DNA of 64,000 nucleotides from a virus. The notes beneath the pieces are model-generated. The model had not been told where the DNA came from and searched no databases. It worked only from the letters and a program-made list of their open reading frames with translations. Of this stretch, positions 1 through 7,413 are shown in pieces; positions within the stretch are counted from its first letter, which is position 1, and each line of letters begins with the position of its first letter. The position numbers and the translations under genes are program-made. The stretch is from IMG/VR virus record IMGVR_UViG_3300005573_000060, positions 65,698 through 129,697 of that record. One strand, given 5' to 3'.

Positions 1-129
1 TGGGCCAGGACTGAACCAATCATCAAAAACCTCAAAATTAAATTCTTTTCTAATTTCTTTTGCTATAACAGGTATTTTTTCATTTCTAAGTGAACCTATT
101 ATATAAATTATTTTCTTTTGTTTATCCAT
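1..129 (-). CDS. Partial (runs off window) nucleoside 2-deoxyribosyltransferase-like protein
   Basis: Not in ORF track. Hand translation from ATG at 129: MDKQKKIIYIIGSLRNEKIPVIAKEIRKEFNFEVFDDWFSPGP. The IYxxGSLRN...EVFDDW pattern resembles phage NDT-like proteins. It is adjacent to the dCMP deaminase. Confidence 0.55.
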   Translation of the reverse strand, partial: MDKQKKIIYIIGSLRNEKIPVIAKEIRKEFNFEVFDDWFSPGP

Positions 130-139
130 TTTAATTATT

Positions 140-589
140 TTAAATATTGTTAACAGTTATTTCGTGAAAATCTTTCATATCTTGATCTCTTTCATATATT
201 TTTATGCCGGCTCTCAAAAGAAGCTTTATGCCATCAACAATTCTATATCTTTGATCATAATAAACACATTTAATTCCAGATTGAATTATCAATTTTGAAC
301 ATTCCATACAAGGAGAAACTGTAACATACATAGTTGCGCCATCGGAAGACTGCGCGCTTTTTGCTACTTTTGTTATTGCATTAGATTCTGCGTGCAAAAC
401 TTCGGGTTTTGTTACTCCATCTATTTCACATATATTTTCAAATCCGTAGGGCATTCCATTATAACCATCTGAAATTATAGAGTTATTCTTAACTAAAATT
501 GCTCCTACTTTTGCTCTTTCCGCGTATGATCTTTTTGCTATTTCGTATGCGATATTCATGTATGATATATGTATATTACAATTTGGCAT
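140..589 (-). CDS. dCMP deaminase (ComEB/T4 Cd family)
   Basis: HAESNAI and SPCMECSK zinc-binding motifs, KVGAILV, GYNG. Confidence 0.95.
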   Translation of the reverse strand: MPNCNIHISYMNIAYEIAKRSYAERAKVGAILVKNNSIISDGYNGMPYGFENICEIDGVTKPEVLHAESNAITKVAKSAQSSDGATMYVTVSPCMECSKLIIQSGIKCVYYDQRYRIVDGIKLLLRAGIKIYERDQDMKDFHEITVNNI

Positions 590-647
590 ATTTTATTTTT
601 TATGATTATTAATTAGATATTTTGTATATTTCATTTTTTATTAGAAT

Positions 648-1190
648 TTAAAATTCATAACTAGATTCATTTGATACAGTATCCTCATAATTTATATTTG
701 TTATTACTAACCCAACTCCATATTTATTAAAAAGACCCAAAGCTACCTTTATGTTATCTTTTTTAAATATTACTATCAGAGGTTTATATTCAGGAATGTA
801 AATGGGATGTTCCGGAAACCGAACATGATAACCTTCTCCATACTTTACTTTTAGTATTGTATATAATTCAATAGCAATTTTTTCATCTTCAAAAAATTCA
901 CTTGTATCATAACTTACAAGAGGACTCATTGTAATTGCATATAGCAAATTATCACTATTAAAGCTTGGAGAAATTAAATATTGCATTTTCCCTAATACCG
1001 GTTCCCCTAATACTGTAATGACGGCAGTATCTGGTAGATAAAGAGGTACAAAATCTGGGTTGCTTTTAACATTATTTATAAATTCTGATGGAGTCATTCC
1101 TGACTTAATTCCTTTAAACAACGAACATTGAGAAAAACTGTTTAAATGTAAATAAATTAGAACAGTAAGCAATAAAAATACTCTTTTCAT
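648..1190 (-). CDS. Hypothetical exported protein
   Basis: 180-aa ORF with N-terminal signal peptide (MKRVFLLLTVLIYLHLNSFSQ). Confidence 0.6.
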   Translation of the reverse strand: MKRVFLLLTVLIYLHLNSFSQCSLFKGIKSGMTPSEFINNVKSNPDFVPLYLPDTAVITVLGEPVLGKMQYLISPSFNSDNLLYAITMSPLVSYDTSEFFEDEKIAIELYTILKVKYGEGYHVRFPEHPIYIPEYKPLIVIFKKDNIKVALGLFNKYGVGLVITNINYEDTVSNESSYEF

Positions 1191-1247
1191 AATAGATATT
1201 GTTTAAAAATTATATAAATATAAAACTTTTTTGTAATAAAAAAATTT

Positions 1248-1264
1248 TTAACAAAATTTTAACA
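1248..1264 (-). promoter_or_regulatory. TGTTAA-N5-TGTTAA direct-repeat box
   Basis: Minus strand reads tgttaaaattttgttaa; intergenic, about 26-42 bp upstream of a TATATTTA box. Confidence 0.65.
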
Positions 1265-1350
1265 TCATATTTATTTAGAAGATATATCTTTCTTTTATGA
1301 TATATTGATTTAGATTTTAAATAATGTCAATTAGTAAGTAATTTATTAGT

Positions 1351-1596
1351 TTACACACTATAATATTCTTTAAACCATAGCTGATACAGTTTTCTTTTTT
1401 GTTTTTCTCTTAATGCAATAACCCTAAGAGCGCCAAGTGAAACTGCATTTAACACAACATCAACTGGAATACCAGGCAACATACTATCATCAATATATTT
1501 ACCAAGCCAAGGACTACCTTCTTCGGCAAATTGTTGCATCATTACGTTGTCTGGATAACATTCATAAACTTTTTTTATTAATTCTTTGCTGTACAT
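1351..1596 (-). CDS. Hypothetical protein
   Basis: 81-aa ORF co-directional with neighbours. Confidence 0.55.
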   Translation of the reverse strand: MYSKELIKKVYECYPDNVMMQQFAEEGSPWLGKYIDDSMLPGIPVDVVLNAVSLGALRVIALREKQKRKLYQLWFKEYYSV

Positions 1597-1620
1597 TTTA
1601 AGTTTTTTAGTATCAAATTT

Positions 1621-1989
1621 TTAAATATTCTTTTGAAATTCATAAATATTTCCAAGTACTTTATATTCTTTAGTTAATTTTTCTCGTTTTGCGCCATAAT
1701 CAACATAAAATCCATTTTCATCGCACTTTACTACGCCTTCTCCATCATTATTTCCTAAAGACACAATATCTCCTTCAAAAATGTTTTCTATTCCAGACCA
1801 TTGCATTATTTTTAATTGATTCTGAAAATATGGATTTTCGAATGGATGCGGTTTACTGGTAAGGAGTTGCTTATCAGAAGTAAACACAATCCAATCATTA
1901 CTTTCTTCACCTGAGCGTATAAACTGAAAGTTGTTATGCATAACACAATTTCCTTCATCCCACGCTCTAAATTTAATTGTTCTTTCCAT
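1621..1989 (-). CDS. YopX-family phage protein
   Basis: IKFRAWD start, MQWSG...IFEGDIV, C-terminal VLGNIYE. Confidence 0.75.
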   Translation of the reverse strand: MERTIKFRAWDEGNCVMHNNFQFIRSGEESNDWIVFTSDKQLLTSKPHPFENPYFQNQLKIMQWSGIENIFEGDIVSLGNNDGEGVVKCDENGFYVDYGAKREKLTKEYKVLGNIYEFQKNI

Positions 1990-2014
1990 AAATTTAAATT
2001 TTTAAATTTGACAT

Positions 2015-3679
2015 TTAAATATTGATTTTCTTAATTTCTTCAATTACTTTAACAGGATCTATTTCAACTGTAGAAGCCTTAACATAAATATCTTGATTAT
2101 AACCATATATGCGAAATGTCTTACTATTTTCTCTTATATTAGTAGTTGTACCATAACCACAAATATTGATAATATAGAGATATGGTGTACCATATTTTTC
2201 ACAATATGATTTGTATGAAAAAAGAGCATTATCTTTAGATTGTTCGTCAGAAATAATTATAATTCTTTCGTATCCACCATTATTCATGAGAACTGGAAAT
2301 ATTGAGTTCCAAGAAGTCATACCTCCTGCTTCAACTAAAGAAATGCTCTTCTTAATAGTATTTATACTATCTGTAGGATTATATTGACATAATTTACAAG
2401 AAGAGGCAAATGTGTAAATGTCTGCGTTAAGTCCTTTACCAAATGTTGCTGCAATTAATCTAGCTTTATTTAAAGCAGAAGAAACTCCTCTTCTCTTATC
2501 ATTTAATGTAATATTCGTACTCATACTTCCAGAAGAATCGAACACAACAGCCGTCTTACGTTTTGGCATAAGTACTTGCAGATTAGGAATAGAACGTTCA
2601 TATGCAGTATTTAAAGCAGATATGACTTTACCTATGCTAGAAGTTTTAAACTCTAATTGAAGTACTTCATTTGCTAAATCTATTTGAATTGGCCACACTA
2701 AAGATTTTCTGATAAACTCTTCATTTACTAATAAATTACATGCTTCATCAATTAATTCTTCATCTTGTGTGATAATTATATTACGAAGATTACGAAGCAA
2801 TGCAAGATAACCGATTTTTTTATCTCTGATTAGTTCCTTATAATTTTGTGTTTTAAGATCTTTAAGTTCATTTTTAGCCTCATCTTCTGAAATTTGTCTA
2901 GATTTTATTTTTTCTGCAACAGTTTTTCCAGCATTAGAATTCTTATCTTCAACTGTATTAAATTGTTTTAACGTTCCAAGAACAAGAGCTGTAAGAGTAG
3001 GAACATTTATTTCTTTTTCGTTGTAATGTTTAAGATCATACACTTCTTCGTATTTTGTTCCCTTTGCAGCTTTTGAAAGAGCTTCAACCGATAAACTTAC
3101 AACTCCATTTATTACAGTTGGATGAGGATGTACTAAATTAACAATATCAACGAGGGATACAGAATGATTTTTTAACTGATATTTTGCAAGAGTATATGCG
3201 TCGGAGTTTTCTATAACACTTTTGAATCCTCTCTTTATAGAGTTTGGAATTGCAGCATCTTTACCGTTTTTCTTTTGATATAATGCAAGAATTTCATTCA
3301 TATCGTCAAGACGATATATGATGCCTCCTTTATTTTTTCCGTGTTCTCTTTTTGAAAAGAATCTTTTAGCTAATTCAGTTCCACTTAAAAAAGGCAATAA
3401 TTCAACGGCGCCAAAATGAGTAACAGATCTTTGTCCAAAAACTGTTCTAGCATAAATAAGTGCTTTAGCTACAAATTCTGGATTCTTTTGAGCTATTTCT
3501 TGAATAAGCTGTTTAAAGCGAATTTCTCTTTCAGACTCATTTTCATAAAAGGTGTCATTTAGACCAGATGCTAAAATAGATATTAATTCAATCTCAGCAG
3601 TTTGTTTTAATCCATCACCATTTTCAAAAGTTTGAGAGTGACTAACCTGTTTTTGCTTTTTTGTATTATACTTTGCCAT
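2015..3679 (-). CDS. rsr: TROVE-domain Ro60-like RNA-binding protein with C-terminal vWA domain
   Basis: KALIYAR, R.DD..E, LAKY, SLVDIVNLVHP, IGYLALLRNLRNI, MIDAS-like VFDSSGSM, IISDEQ. Confidence 0.9.
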   Translation of the reverse strand: MAKYNTKKQKQVSHSQTFENGDGLKQTAEIELISILASGLNDTFYENESEREIRFKQLIQEIAQKNPEFVAKALIYARTVFGQRSVTHFGAVELLPFLSGTELAKRFFSKREHGKNKGGIIYRLDDMNEILALYQKKNGKDAAIPNSIKRGFKSVIENSDAYTLAKYQLKNHSVSLVDIVNLVHPHPTVINGVVSLSVEALSKAAKGTKYEEVYDLKHYNEKEINVPTLTALVLGTLKQFNTVEDKNSNAGKTVAEKIKSRQISEDEAKNELKDLKTQNYKELIRDKKIGYLALLRNLRNIIITQDEELIDEACNLLVNEEFIRKSLVWPIQIDLANEVLQLEFKTSSIGKVISALNTAYERSIPNLQVLMPKRKTAVVFDSSGSMSTNITLNDKRRGVSSALNKARLIAATFGKGLNADIYTFASSCKLCQYNPTDSINTIKKSISLVEAGGMTSWNSIFPVLMNNGGYERIIIISDEQSKDNALFSYKSYCEKYGTPYLYIINICGYGTTTNIRENSKTFRIYGYNQDIYVKASTVEIDPVKVIEEIKKINI

Positions 3680-3710
3680 ATCTATTTAAAAATTAAGTTA
3701 TTATTAAAAC

Positions 3711-3752
3711 AAAAAGTGCTCTGGAAGTGGTAACATTCCCGGAGCACTTTTT
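3711..3752. terminator. Hairpin with U-tracts on both strands between the candidate Y-like RNA and the Ro60 start
   Basis: aaaaagtgctc...gagcacttttt (11-bp outer stem plus imperfect inner stem). Confidence 0.65.
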
Positions 3753-3791
3753 GACTCTACAACATCTTTATAGATATTATAAATTATAAAA

Positions 3792-3893
3792 GAGCTGGGA
3801 ATTAGTGAAGAAGGATACTTTGACAAATAAAGTAACTATTTAACAAATAAAGTATTTATTCATACCGATGAAATCCTTCTTCTTACCACAACC
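3792..3893 (-). ncRNA. Candidate Y-RNA-like structured RNA, copy A
   Basis: Perfect 10-bp stem gaagaaggat (3807-3816)/atccttcttc (3873-3882). Terminal helix GGUUG-U-GG / CC-CAGCU with one bulged U; G.U pairs favour the minus strand. Directly upstream of Ro60 and homologous to 6457-6539. Confidence 0.65.
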
Positions 3894-3938
3894 TTTATAA
3901 TATATATAAAGAATATATTATATAGTTTTGTAACTTAA

Positions 3939-3955
3939 TGTTAAAATTTTGTTAA
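3939..3955 (+). promoter_or_regulatory. TGTTAA-N5-TGTTAA direct-repeat box
   Basis: tgttaaaattttgttaa upstream of the Y-like RNA/Ro60 unit. Confidence 0.65.
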
Positions 3956-3957
3956 AA

Positions 3958-4320
3958 TTATGGTTTCTTAATTGGAATTTTTCTTACTTTTATTTCAAAA
4001 TAAGTAGAATCTTTGTCTTTAACATATACAGCATTATGAATAATATCATATATTGCTGTATCAGTTTTAAGAATATAAATTCTTTGTGAAACACTTCCAC
4101 TATATCTGCTTACGTAAAATGATAGCCAATCTGTTAAAGGTGGAATATCTTTTATCTCCATCTCTTGCATGATATTCTTTAAAATTATATATGAATCTCT
4201 TTCTTTATTCGTTGGAAAAGACATTTGTAAAATATAATTGTCTCTATATTGATCATCAAAATGCTCACAATTATTGGAAGATAAAAGCAATAAAACAATA
4301 ATGAGAAACAATCTTTTCAT
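3958..4320 (-). CDS. Hypothetical lipoprotein-like protein
   Basis: Hydrophobic signal followed by Cys (MKRLFLIIVLLLLSSNNC). Confidence 0.55.
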   Translation of the reverse strand: MKRLFLIIVLLLLSSNNCEHFDDQYRDNYILQMSFPTNKERDSYIILKNIMQEMEIKDIPPLTDWLSFYVSRYSGSVSQRIYILKTDTAIYDIIHNAVYVKDKDSTYFEIKVRKIPIKKP

Positions 4321-4389
4321 ATTTTTATTTATATATTTTTTAAAAACTTAAATATATTCAATATATATAAAATATAAAAAGTTTATTTT

Positions 4390-4953
4390 ATGGGAAATGT
4401 CATTTATTCTCAAGATGTAATGGAACCTACAGCTCCTACAGCTTTCATTACAAAATGCAAAAACAGACTAAAATATTATGGTAAAAATGTTTATTTGCAT
4501 GATAATGATGAATTTGAAATAGAACTTTACAACCCTTTATCTATTGAAATTCTAGCAAAAGTTAAGATTAGTGACATCCCCGCGGAAAAGGTGGTAGTTT
4601 TACAGCCAGAAGAAATAGTTTATCTTAATAATTATGTGTTTAAAATAGATGATGCATATGAAAATGATCCAGTTTCCAAGAGATCTCATACGCATAAAGG
4701 AAACATTAAAATAGAATTTTATGAAAAAGAAAAACAAGTATCTTATTTTGATTCTTATATAATATATAGAACTAATAAAAAATTCAGTGTTTCTAGTACA
4801 TCTGCAGCAGATTCAAATGCATATATTTATTATACAAATCCGGTTTCTTCTATAGACAGTTCTAGTGTAGCTTCAAACAAAGAATCTAATTCTCTAAAAT
4901 TTAATAAGTATTATTCGTGGAAAATTTCCTGGAAAATTCTTCCTCTTTCATAA
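4390..4953 (+). CDS. Hypothetical protein (lone plus-strand gene in left arm)
   Basis: 187-aa ORF with its own AT-rich upstream region and a downstream bidirectional terminator. Confidence 0.65.
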   Translation: MGNVIYSQDVMEPTAPTAFITKCKNRLKYYGKNVYLHDNDEFEIELYNPLSIEILAKVKISDIPAEKVVVLQPEEIVYLNNYVFKIDDAYENDPVSKRSHTHKGNIKIEFYEKEKQVSYFDSYIIYRTNKKFSVSSTSAADSNAYIYYTNPVSSIDSSSVASNKESNSLKFNKYYSWKISWKILPLS

Positions 4954-4961
4954 AAAACTTC

Positions 4962-4991
4962 AAAAAAAGAGAGCTTAAGCTCTCTTTTTTT
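4962..4991. terminator. Bidirectional intrinsic terminator
   Basis: Perfect palindrome aaaaaaagagagc-ttaa-gctctcttttttt between convergent genes. Confidence 0.9.
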
Positions 4992-5304
4992 ATATTATCT
5001 TATTAATTTTTTCTTGTAAAATTTTCTTAGGATAAACTCCAACTGTTTTATCTACTATTTTGCCATTTTTTATATAAAGTATTGTGGGTATGTTTTTAAT
5101 TCCAAATTTTACAGCACTTTGCGGGCTCTCATCAACATTACATGTTATAACCTCAACTTTTTCTTTTAATTCAGATGATATTTCTTCTAAAACAGGAGAA
5201 ACCATTTTACATGGAATACACCAAGGAGCCCAAAAATCTATTACAACAGGCTTCTTTGATTCTAACACAATTTCATTAAAATTTTTGTCATTAACTTCTA
5301 TCAT
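4990..5304 (-). CDS. trxA: Thioredoxin
   Basis: DFWAPWCIPC, NVDE, IPT, GKIVD motifs. Confidence 0.95.
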   Translation of the reverse strand: MIEVNDKNFNEIVLESKKPVVIDFWAPWCIPCKMVSPVLEEISSELKEKVEVITCNVDESPQSAVKFGIKNIPTILYIKNGKIVDKTVGVYPKKILQEKINKII

Positions 5305-5314
5305 AGCTATACAA

Positions 5315-5512
5315 TTATTTTAAGTTGTTGATTAACTCTCTTGCAGCTATTTCTGCAGATTCTAGAGAATCATGATAATAAGAATTTGCACCAACTACTT
5401 TCTTTTCATCTAGAGTTTTTACAACGAAACGGTAATCATTATATATCGGGTCTTCTGTGATTATTACTAAATATCCCGCATAGGTGAAAGAATACTGATT
5501 CATAGAACACAT
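5315..5512 (-). CDS. Hypothetical protein
   Basis: 65-aa ORF co-directional with trx. Confidence 0.5.
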   Translation of the reverse strand: MCSMNQYSFTYAGYLVIITEDPIYNDYRFVVKTLDEKKVVGANSYYHDSLESAEIAARELINNLK

Positions 5513-5743
5513 AAAATATTTAAGATTACATTCAAATTTTGTAAATATGAAGAATCTTTGTTGGAGTTTTTTTCTGTATTTTATTATATATTTACGAGCG
5601 CAAAAAGATTTTAAACTCTTTAAAAAAATATAAGAAGAATGATTGTTATCACAATCAAAATAATTCCGAAAAATACAGTTTTATACTCGAAAAAATGATC
5701 TCTATTATAATACTCTTTTTTATTCATGGTAAAATACTATTTG

Positions 5744-5829
5744 TGGCTCCGAGGGGATTTGAACCCCCAAGTTCCTTACGGAACGCTTGATTTTAAGTCA
5801 AGTGCGTTTACCAATTTCGCCACAGAGCC
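5744..5829 (-). tRNA. tRNA-Leu(TAA)
   Basis: GGCTCTG acceptor, CTTGA-CT-TAA-AA-TCAAG anticodon arm, long variable arm, GGTTCAAATCC T-arm; no encoded CCA. Confidence 0.92.
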
Positions 5830-5852
5830 ATTTTACAATTTAAAATCATAAG

Positions 5853-5936
5853 TGGGGAAGGAGGGACTCGAACCCCCGAAGTCCTTTCGGACGAGTGATT
5901 TACAGTCACTTGCAATTGCCACTATGCGACACCCCC
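5853..5936 (-). tRNA. tRNA-Tyr(GTA)
   Basis: AGTGA-CT-GTA-AA-TCACT anticodon arm, variable arm GTCCGAAAGGAC, GGTTCGAGTCC. Confidence 0.92.
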
Positions 5937-5950
5937 ATTCCAAAGAACTT

Positions 5951-6142
5951 TTATGCTAATTTTACATTGATAGCATTCATACCTTTACGTCCTTCTTTAA
6001 GATCAAAAAACACAATATCATCTTTTTCTATTTTATCAATACATTCAGATACATGTACAAAATACTCATTAGATGATTCCCTGTCTTTAATAAAACCAAA
6101 ACCTTTTGTTTCATTAAAAAATTTAACGATTCCTTCTTTCAT
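5951..6142 (-). CDS. Cold-shock domain protein (CspA family)
   Basis: GIVKFFNETKGFGFI (RNP1) and YFVHVS (RNP2). Confidence 0.95.
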   Translation of the reverse strand: MKEGIVKFFNETKGFGFIKDRESSNEYFVHVSECIDKIEKDDIVFFDLKEGRKGMNAINVKLA

Positions 6143-6188
6143 TATAAAAATTTATTTTAATTATCTCTAATACTATTGTTAGAGATCG

Positions 6189-6264
6189 TCGAGTAGGTGC
6201 GATTCGAACGCACGAGTTCTCCACATCCCAAATGTGGCGGGGTAGCCAACTCCCCAACTACTCG
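6189..6264 (-). tRNA. tRNA-Pro(TGG)
   Basis: CGAGTAG/CTACTCG acceptor, CCACA-TT-TGG-GA-TGTGG, GTTCGAATC. Confidence 0.9.
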
Positions 6265-6271
6265 TTATTTG

Positions 6272-6345
6272 TAGTTCTGGTGGGATTCGAACCCACACTT
6301 TATAGCTCCTAAAGCTATCGCCTCTGCCAATTGGGCCACAGAACT
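6272..6345 (-). tRNA. tRNA-Leu(TAG) with short variable loop
   Basis: AGTTCTG/CAGAACT acceptor, ATAGC-TT-TAG-GA-GCTAT, only 5 nt (AAAGT) before T-arm GTGGG-TTCGAAT-CCCAC. Confidence 0.85.
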
Positions 6346-6381
6346 GTCATATAACTCTTCATGAGTTGATAAGTTATTGAG

Positions 6382-6453
6382 TAGCTCCTTCAGGATTCGA
6401 ACCTAAAATTTATCCTCCAAAGGGATACGTGTTAGCCATTACACCAAGGAGCT
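6382..6453 (-). tRNA. tRNA-Gln(TTG)
   Basis: AGCTCCT/AGGAGCT acceptor, TATCC-CT-TTG-GA-GGATA, GGTTCGAATCC. Confidence 0.9.
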
Positions 6454-6456
6454 GTA

Positions 6457-6539
6457 GAGTGAGAAAAACGAGAAGAGAATTTAACAACAATTAATCAGTT
6501 TTGCCGACTGTCGATGTATCTCTTTCTCTTACTACACTC
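6457..6539 (-). ncRNA. Candidate Y-RNA-like structured RNA, copy B
   Basis: GAGUG-U-AG / CU-CACUC bulged helix and purine/pyrimidine upper stem. Shares TGT.GTAAGA...GAT..CATCG with copy A. Ends 3 nt before tRNA-Gln. Confidence 0.65.
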
Positions 6540-6584
6540 AAACCATCAAAGTTTTTTCAAAGAACCTGTATTTTATTTTTATAT

Positions 6585-6594
6585 TGCAAATATA
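6585..6594 (-). promoter_or_regulatory. Bacteroidota-type -7 promoter element (TATATTTGCA) for the ncRNA/tRNA operon
   Basis: Matches TAnnTTTG. Related TATATTTRCA boxes at 14784-14793(-), 16282-16291(-), 17225-17234(-), 18840-18849(+) and 44521-44530(+), each intergenic and upstream of a gene. Confidence 0.7.
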
Positions 6595-6621
6595 TAAAAA
6601 TTTTTTATACTAGAAAAATTT

Positions 6622-6637
6622 TTAACAAATTTTAACA
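6622..6637 (-). promoter_or_regulatory. TGTTAA-N4-TGTTAA direct-repeat box variant
   Basis: ttaacaaattttaaca on plus strand, about 28-43 bp upstream of the tRNA-operon promoter. Confidence 0.5.
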
Positions 6638-6665
6638 ATTTTTTAATATCTACTTATTTTTAAAT

Positions 6666-6691
6666 AAAAACCCCTCTTTGGGGAGGGGTTT
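6666..6691 (-). terminator. Intrinsic terminator
   Basis: aaacccctc-tttggg-gaggggttt hairpin with U-tract on minus strand. Confidence 0.75.
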
Positions 6692-6704
6692 GTCAAATAT
6701 ATAA

Positions 6705-6822
6705 AATGATACTATGCTACGATAGTTTTTGTCCCTCCCATACTATAGGCAAATACAATAATGGTAAGTAACCTCTTTGGGGGAGTTGGCATAAAACTTC
6801 ATATATATAGCATAGTATCATT
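6705..6822 (-). ncRNA. Candidate 118-nt rod-shaped ncRNA
   Basis: Perfect 15-bp IR aatgatactatgcta (6705-6719)/tagcatagtatcatt (6808-6822) closing further helices (agtttt/aaaact, ctccc/gggag); followed by a terminator. Strand is inferred from context. Confidence 0.5.
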
Positions 6823-6894
6823 CTAAGTTCATTTTAAATATATATCAATCTATTTTTTTATTTTATATAAACTTATTGCGAAAAGTTTTTAAAT

Positions 6895-7122
6895 TTATTC
6901 TTTATCATTAAATATCATTTTTGCTAGCATTAATTCCTCCCATCTTTCTAACAGTTGTTCTTCTAATCTCATTTTTAAATCATCTAAATTCATTATTCCG
7001 TCTTTCTCAACGGATTTTAAGAATTTTTGTACCATTATTCTACAATCATCAATTTGTTCTTGTGTTTGGCATTGTTTTATAGTTTTTAAAACCTTCTTAA
7101 CTGTTATAACTGATTTTTTCAT
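6895..7122 (-). CDS. Hypothetical protein
   Basis: 75-aa ORF in operon. Confidence 0.55.
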   Translation of the reverse strand: MKKSVITVKKVLKTIKQCQTQEQIDDCRIMVQKFLKSVEKDGIMNLDDLKMRLEEQLLERWEELMLAKMIFNDKE

Positions 7123-7137
7123 AGCTCACTTTTATTT

Positions 7138-7413
7138 TTATGATGATTTCCAGAATTCTTTTAAAAAATCATCTCCTGTATTATATTTTGATAAATCTAT
7201 GTTATTTCCTAAAATAAAATTAAGCCAAAGATATTCCAGCGCATCAATATTTTTAACCATTCCTTTTTTATACTTTTCAAGCAAATCTACAACGAAATTC
7301 CAATTATTGCTTATCTCTAATATAATATGATTGTGTTGAATATAAGTTGGTAGTGGCTGTTCAACATGTGTTTCTTGAGGCCCGAAAAATGCTTGAAAAA
7401 AATGAGGTTCCAT
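7138..7413 (-). CDS. Hypothetical protein
   Basis: 91-aa ORF abutting upstream gene stop. Confidence 0.55.
   Translation of the reverse strand: MEPHFFQAFFGPQETHVEQPLPTYIQHNHIILEISNNWNFVVDLLEKYKKGMVKNIDALEYLWLNFILGNNIDLSKYNTGDDFLKEFWKSS

Noticed and set aside
3821-3860. 20-nt tandem repeat (t.acaaataaagta...tatt) as a mini-CRISPR or operator
   Set aside because: Only two adjacent copies; lies in the variable loop of the Y-like RNA
5895-6170. 91-aa plus-strand ORF
   Set aside because: Antisense to tRNA-Tyr and the cold-shock gene
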